From: Octopus sinensis
Lineage: Eukaryota
NCBI RefSeq assembly: GCF_006345805.1
Contig: NC_043002.1
Span: 62,310,001-62,374,000 of the forward strand
Length of the DNA stretch: 64,000 nucleotides
Reading direction: 5' to 3'
A program made the translations under genes and the position numbers. Shown here piece by piece: positions 24,061-38,542 of this stretch. How positions within the stretch are numbered: the first letter of the stretch is position 1; the number at the start of each line of letters is the position of its first letter. Below the pieces are notes generated by a model. The model was not told where the DNA came from. It did not search any database and saw only the letters and a list, made by a program, of their open reading frames with translations.

Positions 24061-25467
24061 AGTGATTTAATATACAAATATATACATGCATGGCTGTGTA
24101 GAAAGGTGCTAGCTTCGCAACCGCATTGTTCCGGGTTCAGTTTCCCAGCAAACACAGACCTCGTGCCAAAATTTGCTATCAATATTCCGTCAAGTATTTA
24201 CTAGAAAGTGACGATGAAACAATTGTATTGTTGAATCTATTTTCGCTTCTTCCTATTTTTGTGTATACTCTACGGGTATTCTACGAATACTCACGTGTTT
24301 CCCGATGCACATTCAAAGATATGATCAACCTCAATGAATAAAATCACTTTTTAGCTGATACCTGTAGACGAACATAATACAACGCACATACCCTAATTGA
24401 ATTGACATAATATATATATAAATATATTGGATAATATACCTGAACTATATAGGAAGATATATCTCGCAGAACATAGAGAGTCGCAAAGAGTGTTTTGTGG
24501 TATTTATTCCGGAACCCTGCATTCTAATTTTAATCCCAAGCATTTCAGCTGGGCTTTGCATCATTTCCGGATCAATAAAAACAATGTGAATCCAGTTTTG
24601 TGGATTGCGGAAAATATTTGATTAGCGATAGCAAGTGATTGAATTTCTATGCAACGGACGATGTTACTTCGAGCCCATTAATGGATGAACTGATTTGTTA
24701 CTGCCTACTGGAGACTTGTAATTTTTTTCTTTTGCTAATGTATACGCTTCCTTGCACTGACAATATTTTTATTTGTCTCGCTTGAACCACTGAGAACCTA
24801 GAAAATATAGATTGAAGAACCTACAATGTGAACTTAATGCATAAAAATGGCTTCCTTTCTAGCTTCTTCAGGGAACAGAGTCAGATTTATATATTGTGAG
24901 GATATCTTGAGATCACTTAAAGGTAATGGTTTATACGGTGATGCAATATAGGGGAACACAGTAGTTCAAATCCGGTATCAGTGTCTGTCCAGCCCCAATT
25001 TGTTTTGCTGTTGAGGAGTATCTTATAGAATACGACAAGAAAAATTACTTATAGCAGTTCAGGCTATATATATGCATAGAGACATACCTGCACACGCATA
25101 CAGACATGTATGTATATAAATATATACCCATACAGACATATGTAAATATTTATATGTGTGTTTATGTATGCGTGTGTGTGTGTGTGTGTGTAAGCACACA
25201 AACGGCTATAGGTTGATAGTTGTATTTTACTGTCCTTGGTCAGAAGTGTGTGTCTTGTTTATCCCTTGTTCCTCGATGTCACACACACGTGCGCGCGCAA
25301 ACACATAGACACAGCCCAAATTGCGAGGATAATCTGGTGCTTGACTGCGGAAAGAAAACTTCGAATGACCCGTCCTTGTTTTCTTTATATCGTCTACCTG
25401 GATGTTTTGTGGTCCCTTTTTTATATCACCTAGCTGTCCGGATGTTTTGCATTCTTGTCCCACTTTG

Positions 25468-25532
<65 letters not shown>

Positions 25533-25535
<3 letters not shown>

Positions 25536-25700
25536 AGAGTTTACGAAAAAAACAGAAGACGAAGACAGGTGGTGTACAAAACAAACAGATGTATTGGTAT
25601 AACGCTCAGAAATAGAAAGTCTTTTACGTTTAGAGCCTACGCTCTTCTACAGAAAGGGACACAGAAAAAAAACAAGGAGAGAATGAAATGTGTGTAGTGA
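25533..25700 (-). mobile_element. PLE-tail-like module with variant hammerhead (copy 3, GAAAC decayed to TAAAC)
   Basis: Minus strand gtccctttCTGTAGAAGAGCGTAGGCTCtaaacGTAaaagac at 25618-25660. Confidence 0.6.
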
Positions 25701-25809
25701 CTAATGATCTATCATGGCGACATACACACACAAACACATACACACACACACACACATACACACACACACACACATACACATACACATACACACACACAGA
25801 CACATACAC

Positions 25810-25846
<37 letters not shown>

Positions 25847-26375
25847 TACGCACACCACCATACAAACTTGATGTGAATGAAATTTGAAAATTATGAAGCG
25901 ATTCTATATACAGATGTAAATGCTAAATAACAACGAGGAGGCCAGAATTTTATTCTGACCATGGATTAAAATTCGGTACCCATTTTAGTCTACATGAATT
26001 TTCACAATTATCAAATATACCTGAAACTATTTGCATAATGCCCTTACTTGAACGGAAACTCATGGACGCACTTATATATAACAACACTAGGTATTACCAA
26101 ACAAGAAACCTTTTTGTCCATCAATTAATATGTCAGTAGTATGTACTTTATATTTGAGGTGGAACTGGCTCTAATGTTCGGAGTTTCAATAGATTTACAA
26201 CTTCACCTGTGGTCCCCAGTCACATACATACACACTTTGGGATGGTGTGATCTGTAGCAGCTCATTTTGTCGTCAATTGGTCAATTGTAAAACATCACGT
26301 AGGATTTCCCCAACCAAATGAAAGCCGATTATTGAAGCAGACGTAGCATGAAACTAGTACTAGAGACACGCCCAC

Positions 26376-26450
26376 GGGTATATGCCATAGTGGTTAAAAG
26401 CTCGTGCTACTAACCTCAAGATTCCGAGTTCGCTTCCAGGCAGTGACCTG
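26376..26450 (+). mobile_element. tRNA-like SINE head
   Basis: A-box-like TGCCATAGTGGTT and B-box-like GAGTTCGCTTCC, followed directly by (AAT)n. There is no complete cloverleaf, so it is not called a tRNA gene. Confidence 0.6.
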
Positions 26451-26473
26451 AATAATAATAATAATAATAATAA

Positions 26474-26515
<42 letters not shown>

Positions 26516-26665
26516 GATAATAATGATCTTGATATGAGATCACCATCTCGCGCACATTTGATGCATGTGCCTTGTTTACCCTTATCAAACGGGTAGTCAT
26601 GATGAGTATACTGAGCTTCGTATATTTTACCCCACTGTCACTTTGATGACATGCACTGCTCTCTC

Positions 26666-26753
<88 letters not shown>

Positions 26754-26814
26754 TAATAATAATAACATCGAAAAATACCTTAGGAATGAGAACCCAGGTT
26801 CGAAATTTCCCCCA

Positions 26815-26862
26815 AGACACCTGATGAACGCTGGAGGGTATATCAGCCGAAGCGTTGTGTTT
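26815..26862 (+). ncRNA. Minimal type I hammerhead candidate (core substitution GAAAC to GAAGC)
   Basis: Helix I AGACAC/GUGUUU; CUGAUGA plus A; helix II GCUG-gagggtatat-CAGC; GAAGC; GUU. Confidence 0.55.
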
Positions 26863-27495
26863 ACAACAAACATGACGAGGACAAATATCCGTCAAATGTA
26901 AATAATGTAAATAATGTACATAATTCCGCATTTCTTAATGTAGAACTGTATTATGCCTTAACAAATCTAAGGAGTTCCTAGCTTTCACAGGTCTTCTAAG
27001 GGCTCGTGATATTGCTAGATATTCATTAAACTGACACCAGATACACCCTTACGTTTAGCAAGTCTAGTGGGTGTGCCGCTTTAGTCACCAACGACCCGAC
27101 CATACAAAAGGATGTATTGGATTCCATGTTATAAGTAGCACGAAAGAGAGATCTCACAGCTGATATGCCGAGAGACATTACATAAACAGGGAAGTAGCAA
27201 CTCCCACACATGTCTCAAATTATACCACTGTGTCATCCAAATATTAAGATAGGTCGCATAATGAAAAGCTGGAGATACAGCATCAGGAAAACCAAATCTA
27301 TGATTCTCCAAAGCATGAATGCCTTAGTTCGGATTTGTGCTGAACTAATACAAGACTAAATAAGCTTCAGCAAAAAGAAATACGGAGCAAAATGTTTCAC
27401 CAGAGGCGGTTATCGATTATTTGAATATTACGCGTATTATTTAAAACTTTAGATCGGGTCCGTGCTCAGCAGAAACACATAGTTTCCTGGAAAAA

Positions 27496-27549
<54 letters not shown>

Positions 27550-27940
27550 CCACTGACAGAGAAATATTCGCATGGATACATTTATATGGACGCATATACA
27601 TGTGTGCACATTGAAATAAGCATTGTATATATATATATACATATGCATGTATGTATAATTACACATATATTTATGTATAATATATATATATATATGTAAC
27701 TAAATATGCATATATAAGCAAACACTCACATGTACACACACACAAATATATACATCGTTATACAATAGAAGTGAGTAAGTTATAATACGACATTTAGATT
27801 AACTAAAGGCCTAAAGCATTCTTGTGCAAATTTCGTAGACATATTTTCCGTCTAACGATATATTACAAATCCTTCCTCGGGCATTTACAAGAAATACACA
27901 TCAGAAGTTAACAGGTAACGTCGATATCAATAAGAATAAC

Positions 27941-28320
27941 GGGGCAAGCCGGCAGAAACGTCAACACTCCGGGCGAAATGCTTAGCGGTATTTCGTCTGA
28001 GTTCAAATTCTGCCGAGTTCGATTTTGGCTTCCATCCTTTCGGGGTCGATATATTGAGTACAATTGCGCACTTGGGCCGATATAATCGACTTAATCCGTT
28101 TGTCTGTCCTTGTGTGTCCTCTCTGTGTCTAGCCCCTTGTGGGTAGTAAAGACATAGGTATCTCGTCTGTCTTTAAGTTCTGAGTTGAAATTCAGCAGAA
28201 GTCGACATTGCGTTTCATCCTTTCGGGGTCGATAAATTAATTAGCAGTTGTGTACTGGGGTCGATCTAATCGAGTGGATCACCTCCCCAAAAATTTCGGG
28301 GCTTGTGCAAGGAGTATACA
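27941..28320 (+). mobile_element. SINE family B (head plus two modules)
   Basis: ggcagaaacgtcaacactccgggcgaaatgcttagcggtatttcgtctgagttcaaattc; a second module starts near 28158. Confidence 0.8.
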
Positions 28321-28455
28321 AGGATATCAATAGGAATTTGATTTAGTTTATTATAATTTTCTTGAAATTAGTTAATGAATAGTTAATGAATAATTTTGAG
28401 AACGATATCCGTAAGAGTACAGAAAGTATTTATATATATATATATAAACACTACG

Positions 28456-28732
28456 GCACTCTGTCGGTTTCGTCGACGAGGGTTCCAGTTGATCCGATCA
28501 ACGGAAAAGCCGGCCCGTGATATTATCTTGCAAGTGGCTGAGCACTGCACACACATGTGTACACTTCACGTATTTCTCCGGGATATTCAGCGTGACATAG
28601 GATGTGACAAGCCAGGCCCTTTGAATTACAGGTACAGCAGAAACAGGAAGAAAGAGTGAGACAGAGTTGTGGTTGAAGAGTACAGCAGAGCTCGGCAGCA
28701 GCACCTGCTGAAGCCTCGTGAAACTTTAGGTG
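28456..28732 (-). mobile_element. SINE family C, headless (tail type 1)
   Basis: Reverse complement of the 1990-2220-type sequence. Confidence 0.75.
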
Positions 28733-28849
28733 AGAAAGAGAGAGGTGGAGAAGGTGAGAGAAAAATGATTGGTAGATATACGTATATAGGTATACATGTA
28801 TGCTTGTAAAGATGTATACATACATACATATATAGATATATATATATAT

Positions 28850-29070
28850 GCGGCGAATTGGCGGAAAACGTTAGCACGCCGGGCGAAATGCGTAGCCGTA
28901 TTTCGTCTGCCGTTACATTGTGAGTTCAAATTCCGCCGAGGTCGACTTTGCCTTTCATCCTTTCGGGGTCGATAAATTAAGTACCAGTTACGCACTGGAG
29001 TCTATGTAATTGACTTAATCCCTTTGTTTGTCCCTTTTATGTTTAGCCCCTTGTGGGCAATAAAGAAATA
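28850..29070 (+). mobile_element. SINE family B
   Basis: Near-consensus head plus one module. Confidence 0.85.
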
Positions 29071-29369
29071 TATATTTATCGATGTATGTCTACGTGTGTA
29101 TACACCATGTGTACAAAAACAAGTCCATGTACTTATGTGTGCACCTCTTAATGCAAATCTTTCTAAATTGGTCGCAAATAATCCTTAAAAACAGAAAATT
29201 GTAACAGCTATGCTTCATAAATTAAGCCATACAAATAAAATATATTTACTGATAGTATAAATCTCTATTTGCATTAAGCCACTCTTTGCTATATGGGCAT
29301 TATTATTTTTTTATAGTTTTTTTTTTATAGTTTCAGATCTGCGGCTATGCTGGATTGCCGCCCTTTTGC

Positions 29370-29625
29370 TAAACTGTTATTATTGAGAGCCTCTTCTATG
29401 ATGTAGCATTTGGTGAACAAGGAAGTTTGATGTCGCTACTCCCATTTTCACCCCTTGTTGCGAGGTTGGTTGATCTGGCACTCACGACAGATCAGGTCTA
29501 GTTTTGATTTGAGAACATCTACATCCACTTCGTGTAGGTCCCTCAGGCTCTTTGGGAGAATATTAAAAAGCAGTGGGTTCCGGAAACCCAACCTATTGTA
29601 GTAACAGCTCCTGAAGCACCATGGC
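29370..29625 (-). mobile_element. CR1-type LINE 3' remnant
   Basis: Minus strand across frameshifts reads PLLFNILPKSLRDLHEVDVDVLKSKLDL..VPDQP, parallel to the C-terminus of the 31-33 kb LINE (GPALFNI...FKKSLDKFFQTVPDKP). Confidence 0.6.
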
Positions 29626-30770
29626 ATTACGTGTGTTATATATATTTATATACGAATACGTGCGTGCATACATACATTCAAATATACGTATTTGCATTTA
29701 TATATGTTGTGTCTCAAAGCTATCATCGTTTCCTTTTCAAAGTAGACTTCAGCGTAGACACGTATTCCTGTTAGTATTGTAGAATGGATGATAAAACACC
29801 TGCAGATTCAAAGCTGTGAAAAAAAATATTAGCAGACGCACAATCTTTTGCTTGGAATCACAGATTTTTAGCAGTCGAATACCGAAATGATGGCATCGCT
29901 ATCGATATTTCGCTTCCGAGTTTATATCACAGTTACGGAATTATCTGAACTTTGTAAATCTAGCGCTATGTGTAATTAAGCAATGTATCTCTCGCTCAGA
30001 ACTAATTACAAAAAGAATTTTTAAAACGATTTGACAAAATTTTTTTAAAATATTTAATTTACACTGTGATTATTGAACTGTAACAACATTAATAAATATT
30101 AAATTTGAAATTAAATAATGCATTCTACGGTGTAATTAACTGACTAAATATCCGTTCTGGAGAGTTGATATGTGAAATGTATCAACGCTAAAATTGATTA
30201 TCTTTTTGAAATGAGCATCTGGTCGCATATCAAACGTATAGATGCGTCAATGTTCGTAAAATAGCTAACACAGCTATGATACTCAAAACATCATACCAAA
30301 ATATTCAGATAAATAGGAAAAAAAAACCTTCTGCAAATAATAAACCAATAAATGTAGATAGAGAAAGAGAATCCTGTCCATTCAAACATGCAAACCTAAT
30401 CCCGCTAGTGATGAGGTTCACGTGCTATCTTCGTTTTATCTCTGCTTCTCTCTCCTGTCCCCTATTTCTGTTTCGTGTTATTTTAATAATGTTAAACGTG
30501 AAAGCCCTGTCATTTTAGCTATTTTTTTGGCATGCATTTGCCAATTGCTTCGTGCATACATACTTACATACAGTTATATATGTATGCGTGTATATATATA
30601 TATATATATACATATATACATGTATACATATATATACTTATACATACACACTTGCGTGTATGCATACATAGCTCTATGTATGCATACGTGCATACAATTG
30701 TATATATATATACATGTATGTAATACACACATATATACATGCATATATGTATTACATATATACAGTAATA

Positions 30771-30830
<60 letters not shown>

Positions 30831-31035
30831 TACAAGCCATGTATACAAGCATACATATATAAATACTTACATGTATGTATACATAAAGATATTAACTCTT
30901 AAAAGTAAATGGGTTTTATTACTACTTCACATTTCTTTTTGTGTGAAATATACAATGAGTATTCAACAATCTTGCAAAGCAGTAGTTGTTCCGAACCTTT
31001 TCGCTCCCAAGGACCCCGTTTATTAAAATGAATTT

Positions 31036-31130
<95 letters not shown>

Positions 31131-31131
<1 letters not shown>

Positions 31132-33661
31132 CCTGCCGCCAGGTTCTTCTCTCTCAACCCCTGACAGAGAGGCAGTGGAATTGCTTCTTGACTTCATGGA
31201 TGATTTCTTCCTGTCCCAACTGGTACTCGAACCAAGATGTCATAAAAACGTCTTAGACTTAATTTTCAGGAATCACACTGATACTATCCACAATATTGCA
31301 GTGGGAAAACCCTACTCTCTGATCATGACATGGTTCTCTGTGATCTGAGATTTCACTGGCCAAAATGCAAAACAAATGTCATCCCTCCTGTTCATCCATT
31401 TGACACTATGGATTTCCACAATGCAAACTGGGAAGCGATCAATAATGATCTTGCACACATACACACCCACTAACATCAAAAAGTCCTGGCAGTCATTTGT
31501 AGACACCATTACGAACATATGTGCAAAACACACCCCATTAAGATCTGCAAACAAATCTAAGTGTCGAATCCCTAAAAATAGAAAATCTCTCATCAGGAAA
31601 ATTAAAAGAATTAACAAAAAAATCAACAGGCTGAAATACTGTCAACAGCAGCACACCAACCTGACTGCCATCTCGTCGCTAGAGATTAAAAAACATAAAC
31701 TCCAAAACAACATGATGTCTATCATCAATAGTCAGCGAAGAGCTGAAGAGGCCTGGGCCTTTGAGAAGATCAAACTCAATCCCAAAGTGTTCTTTTCATT
31801 TGCAAAAAAACACAGAGTCACTGGTTCTACTGTTGGCCCTCTGATTGATGAAAATGGTACTCTTCAAGACAATGCCAAAACCATGGGAGAGATATTGCAG
31901 AGTATCTGTTTTCAGCAATCCTGATATGACTGATCTGGGCTGTATCAGTGATGTTACTCCCCAATACACTTTATCGGACATAACCTTTGGCGCTCCTGAT
32001 GTCTTAGCAGCAATAAAGGAAATGAAGCATAATTCAGCAGTAGGTCCCGATAGGTTCCCTGCTTGTGTCCTGAACATGTGTCAAAACCAACTTGCACCCC
32101 CTCTAGCCAATCTGTGGCGGAACTCACTGGATGCTGGATACATACCAGAAGACCTTCTATCCCAGACTGTAGTCCCAGTTTTCAAAAAAGGAAACAAATC
32201 GCTTGCCGTGAGTTACCGTCCAATCTCACTCACCTCTCATATCATTAAGGTATTTGAGAGAGTGCTGAGATCGCGTATGACTCACTTCCTTGAGAGTCAT
32301 AATATGCTGAACTCCAACCAGCATGGATTCCGTAATGGGAGAGATTGCCTGACGCAGCTACTGCATCATTTTCATGACATTTTGAGAGCCTTGGGAGAGG
32401 GTTCCAACACTGATGTCATCTACCTTGATTTCAGCAAGGCCTTTGACAGGGTTGATCATAAGATCCTTCTGAGAAAGCTGTCCAATATTGGTGTCACTGG
32501 AAAGCTGCTGCAGTGGATCAAGTGCTTCCTGTGTAACAGAAACCAACATGTTGTAGTCGAAGGAGTCAAATCCAGCCCAGCCAAAGTCAGCAGTGGTGTC
32601 CCACAAGGCACTGTGTTGGGCCCACTCCCCTCCATCATCTACATAAATGATATTACTGACACCATCAAACACAGTAACATCAGAACCTTCGCTGATGATT
32701 CCAAGCTCCAGAAGGTCATCAATGGCGTGGATGACCGAATAAGCCTTCAGTCAGACCTACTGGCTGTTGTCCAATGGGCGGAAAAGAATAACATGCTGCT
32801 AAACGAAGACAAATTCGAACTGATCCACTTTGGAAGGGAGGACGCTCTGAAACTCCCATACTCCCTTCCTTCTGGAGAAATTCTCATGGCGTCCAACAAC
32901 ATCAGAGACTTGGGAGTAACAGTGGACAACAACATAAGCTGGGCTACACATATAAGCATCAAAGTTGACATGGCCCGCAGAATGTGTTCCTGGATTCTCA
33001 TAACCTTCCAGTCGAGAGATTCCCACACTATTATCCTTCTCTTCTCCACTTTTGCCCGACCCCACCTTGAATACTGCTGTCCACTGTGGTCTCCCTACAC
33101 AAAACAAAATCTTATAAGAATTGAAGCTCCCCAAAGGTCAATCACAAAAAAGATAGATGGCATGTCAGACCTTGACTACTGGGGTAGACTAGAGATGCTG
33201 AAACTGTATTCACTCCAACGACGCCGTGAACGCTACATTATCTGTATGATGTGGAAAATATTCCATCAGCACTGTCCGAATGATGTTGGCATCACCTTCA
33301 AAATACATCCAAGGCTTGGACCACGTGCCATCTGTCCACAACAAAAATCTAAATCGCATCACATAACGACAATACGGCACAACTATTTCACCTAAATTGG
33401 ACCCGCTCTCTTCAACATTACACCAGGACACATCAAAAAAGAAACTGACCACACAAAATTCAAGAAGTCTTTGGACAAATTCTTTCAAACAGTCCCGGAC
33501 AAACCACCCACACCCAGATATGTCTCCGCAAACAATAACTCTCTGCTCGAATGGGCCTTGGTGCCCAAATCCTGAATTGAAAGTCTTCGCCAGGTGGTGC
33601 TATTAAGTTAGACATGGCCTGGGCCAATACTGGCCAAAACCTTTCTAAGTTATTCTAAGTT
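31131..33661 (+). mobile_element. 5'-truncated CR1-clade LINE (~2.5 kb) between (TA)n tracts
   Basis: Starts in the end of the AP-endonuclease domain (VLDLIF...SDHDMV) and has a complete RT core. The 3' tail carries a repeated TTCTAAGT. There are several frameshifts. Confidence 0.9.
31845..33395 (+). pseudogene. Reverse transcriptase domain of LINE ORF2 (frameshifted at both ends)
   Basis: Motifs YRPISLTS, QHGFR, YLDFSKAFDRVDH, SGVPQGTVLGP, FADD (32688-32699), DLGV, RPHLEYC...WSP. The upstream part is in ORF 31376-31924 and the C-terminus continues in another frame after 33395. Confidence 0.92.
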
Positions 33662-36119
33662 ATATATATATATGGAATTTTGGATTTAGTCCATGGACTC
33701 CCAGTACTATCTTAGCAAGCCACTAGGGTTCCGCGGACAACAGGTTAACCCAAGACATTCTACTACAGCGCACGCCTATTAAATTTTATAAGGAAATGTT
33801 TAACAATGATTCCAGTCTCTTCTTCATAATCAGGCACTTCCCTGCCCTAAAATATCACAGTAAACTTTGGGGCGTGTAGACAGCTATATCACACTTCATG
33901 TGCGAAGGGAATGGAAGTCAAATTTAATTGGTGCTCTCAGTACAGTCCATGAAGGATTTCCCACGGAATGACAAACAGAAATTTTTTTTGGGACACCCGT
34001 GTCCTTTGTTAATGGTTTATATATCCCCTCATTACATAATGGCAAAAGACAACGTGAAATAAGTAAATACGAAGAAATTGAAAGTCAACTTCTGAGGAAA
34101 ACTGAAATAGTCGTAATTTTAAAATAATGCCGTTTTGGGTCCTACACGTATGAAATCGACTCTGGCTGTCAGGTTTCATTTGAGAATGGTATCACTATCG
34201 TCGGTTACTAATTTTCTAGTAAATTCCACAATATTTACGTCATTAGGTATCCCGCCCCCGAATAGTGTATTCCCTGAATTCTTAAAAATATAAGAGAATT
34301 CTTCAATGCAAAACTATCCTAAACACTTACAAACTTCCAGGAGATTCCCTGGGTTTCTCCCAGATGGTAATTACCTGCTTCAAAATTATTCAAAAATAAA
34401 TCCAAACTGGTATACTTCCTGCTTCAGAAATACGTGCGAATACTTCCCGAGATATTGTTGTAGGTAGGTTCAATACCTCGCTAAACTATTTCAGCATTTA
34501 CTTCAGGATATCACCATTCTCGTTGTAGAAATGCGACATTCTTACATTTCATGCTAACCACCAGTCTGTGTAGATTAAAACCTTGGTATATTGCACTAGA
34601 AAGCCTTTAAATAGTAAAAAAACGTTTCTTCTTCTAGTCTCATCAACAATTTTTCAACAACTGCAATAGTTTTGTAGTCGGGTATTGCGTTTGAAGTCCA
34701 CAGGCTATTTGCCGTGCACGCTCATCACCTACAGCATTTTAATGGCATTTTAATATTCCATTGTGACACATTCGTTCTTGTCTTCACACCATTAAATCAA
34801 TCATGCTTGCATGTGGAAAAGCAAACTAAGGCAGCGGCTGTTGTATAACCTCTGTCCTTCAAGTGGCCAGAAGTCATTCGGTTGACAATATTCACACAAT
34901 ATACAGGCAGAAGTAACGCTCTTTTTATTTATTAATTTTTGTAGTACAAAATGTTTTTTAAGTAATTCTATATTGTACAAACATTTATCACGATAGTTAA
35001 AAAAGTGAAAAAGAACAATTAATGAAAATAAATTGCAGTAGTTTTAAGAAGTTTGTTAATTATTGCTCCATCAAAATAACGTAATTCATTATGATAAAAA
35101 ATTTTATTAACATGTTCAAAACTCTGCCCTTCGTTTTCAGAACAATGCCGACACCTACCTGCATCACTCCTACAAACCATTTGATACATTTCCACGTTAA
35201 TTGCAGAAAAGTTTTCGGTTTGTGGGAGTAAAACCAGGTCTCTCAATACTCCCACAAGAAAATGCCAGTTGGTGTTAGGTCTGATGATTGTGATGTCCAC
35301 TCAATTGCTCCAGCTTGTCCTCTCCATCTCACCTCAAAATTAAGATTTAACCATTCCTGAACGTTTTACTCATAGTGAGGTGATGCACCATCCCGTTGAA
35401 AGTAGAAAACTATAAAGATTATACAAATAAGAAAGGGCATTACTTTGTCGCACTCTGTATATGACGCGCAGAGGGGTTTCAAATGAAATATGTTCAACAT
35501 CTTCGTACATGCCGTTTTGGTAATCTCATTTGCATCATTCAGCTGCTATCATATCTTATATGTTACCTTCAATTCTTCAGTATTTTTATCCTTTAATTCT
35601 TCACACGCTCACTCATTCTCTCTCCCTTTCTCTTTTTTCTCCGCCCTGTCTCTCGTTCGTTCTTATCTAGATTCTCCCTCTCATTCCTTCCTCTGTGCGT
35701 ATGCAAGATCATGTACACTACTGTTCTCCATCTGTTGCAGCTAGTAACTCAACGGGACAGCATGTAAATATCTATTGTATTGTATTTTGCCCCTCATCTA
35801 AGCTTATTTATCAAAAACACTGGATAATACACGAAACATGGCCTCTTCAATATCGCCATTCATACGAATAATTTCTTCGAATTAACATAACATTTATCGA
35901 TATATACCCGGATACCGGTATAATCTGTTGCATATCCATAAATATATATAATATTTTCAGAAACTCATTCATTGACACGCATATCGAGAATTAAAGAATG
36001 GAAGATTAAACGAATTTTAAGTTGTGTGAGGTATATAAAGAATACCATTCCAATAAAAATTGTAATCTCTGGCAATTTCTTTCAATTTATATTTTTATAT
36101 TTAGTAATGTTATTATTAA

Positions 36120-36398
36120 GCTTCTTCTTCTTCTTCTTCTTCTTCTTCTTCTTCTTCTTCTTCTTCTTCTTCATCTTCTTCTTCATCTTCTTCTTCTTCT
36201 TCTTCTTCTTCTTCTTCTTCTTCTTCTTCTCTTCTTCTTTCTTCTTCTTCTTCTTCTTCTTCTCCTTTTTCTTCTTCTTCTTCCGCTACTCCTTCTTACT
36301 ATTATTTCTCTGTTGGTCCTGATTTTAGAAGCAACATTTTTCTTCTTCTTCTTCTTCTTCTTCTTCTTCTTCTTCTTCTTCTTCTTCTTCTTCTTCTC
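36120..36398. repeat. (CTT)n microsatellite
   Basis: Direct reading; followed by (ATC)/(ATT)n. Confidence 0.95.
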
Positions 36399-36471
36399 CC
36401 AATTCCTTTTACTTCTAATAATAATAGTAATAAAAATAAAAATAATAATGATATCATCATCATCATAATCA

Positions 36472-36530
<59 letters not shown>

Positions 36531-36862
36531 ATCACTGCTATAGATTTCGTTTCTTCAACAGTAGGATATGTAAATGAAATATTCTTATACAAAGAAATAT
36601 ATCCTGAAGTTATAATTGATTGTGTTACATAATTTAACACTCTGAACAGTATCTCATTAAAATCGATGTAATACGAATACAAGAAGAAGAATGAAAAAAA
36701 AAGAACAGAGAAAAGAAGAAGGATTCAAATGAGAGAGGACGAGGGATATGGAGGAATAAAACACTGGAAGCAAATATTTGAATTGAAACATTGAAACAGG
36801 AATACTAAGTAGAGTGTAGTGAAGGCAGAAACAATACATGCACGGCTGTGTATCCATATGCA

Positions 36863-36910
<48 letters not shown>

Positions 36911-37205
36911 CATTCATATATATACATACATTCATACACACCTGTAGGTATGCGTGTATCCATATGCATGTATCTATCTATCTATAAAATATATATATAT
37001 ATGTGTGTGTGTGTGTGCGCGTGTTGTTGTGTGTGTGTGTGTAAAATATATATTAGCATATTATGTCTACCCGTACATACGTATGTATTATATATACACA
37101 TATGTGTGTGTATATATATGTACAAATATTTATAATATAGAAGATATACTTACATATATATATTATATATATATATAATATATATTATATATATATATAT
37201 ATATA

Positions 37206-37260
<55 letters not shown>

Positions 37261-37611
37261 TTATATATATACATAAAGAGAGAAAGAGAAAGGTGACAGA
37301 CAGATAGAGACAAGAATGCGGGTATATATGAATATGCATATATGTCGAGATATACACGTATATATATATATATATATATGATATATATATATATGCATGT
37401 ATGTTTAAGTATAGATGCAGGCGAATATTTGTGTGTGTGTTTTTATGTGTGTGAGTGTATAACACAATAGAAATTTGAAAATAAATATAAAATCCGATTC
37501 TTCGTAAAATTATGAAACGCAGCGCAATCACATACACTCATTCATATGGCGGTATTAATTTCAGCCACAAATGCTTACACATAGATAGGGAAAAGTATAA
37601 AGAGACATACA

Positions 37612-37658
<47 letters not shown>

Positions 37659-37925
37659 GGAGAGAGAGAGAGGGAAGTGTGGAAAGTGTGAGACAGACAT
37701 GAAATAATCGCAAAGTTTTAATGGCTGCCTTTAAGACTTAAAAAATGTTGCTAACCATATCAAAGAAAAAAGCTCCATAGAATGGATGTTAAAATTTTTG
37801 GAAAAAATAATTCATTGAGAAAATATGAAAATACTGTGAGTATATATAATAAACATTGTAATAGATTATAATTGATATGAAAAAGATAAAAAACAAGGTA
37901 TAAACTTATCAACAATCATATTGAT

Positions 37926-37978
<53 letters not shown>

Positions 37979-38242
37979 TGGATGATGGTGTTGATGACCA
38001 TGATCATGATAATAATGATGATGATAATAATTTCTTTATTTTTAAAAGTAATATAAATATTAATAAATGCTAATAAAAATAAATGTAACAATAATTATAA
38101 TAATAGTACGACCAGTTATATTAATAATGATAATAATAATAATAAGAAGAAGAAGAAGAAGGAGAAAAAGAAGAAGAGGGAGAGGAAGTGGAAGTAGAAG
38201 AACGACGACAACAACAACAATAAAAATAAGAACAACAACAAC

Positions 38243-38277
<35 letters not shown>

Positions 38278-38284
38278 ATTGAAT

Positions 38285-38490
38285 ACAGAATACATCACAA
38301 AAACACCAAGTCTTACAAGTATATATAAGATACAGAAAATAGGACTACTAGGCACCCACACATCCTGCGTAAAAGACTTCCAATAGAGTGAGAGTAAGTG
38401 TACCACAACAAACCACAGTGCATACCTAAGGCACAGAGAGCTACGTACGGTAGTGCAATAAAAGCATGAGATAAAATAAGACTACTGGAA
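38285..38490 (+). mobile_element. R4/Dong-type LINE 3' end (subfamily 2)
   Basis: IQKIGLLGT.HILRKRL C-terminal motif plus a short UTR, embedded in (AAT)n. Confidence 0.55.
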
Positions 38491-38542
38491 AATGATAATA
38501 ATACTAATAATAATAATGATGATGATGATGATGATGATGATA

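Noticed and set aside
26376-26450. tRNA gene (also the SINE heads at 1864, 11339 and 58231)
   Set aside because: A/B boxes are present but there is no complete cloverleaf, and the heads continue into repeat bodies or microsatellite.
34620-35300. Possible mariner N-terminal and piggyBac Cys-rich remnants on the minus strand
   Set aside because: Only short suggestive strings (IAVVEKLL, GRCRHC); not enough to call.
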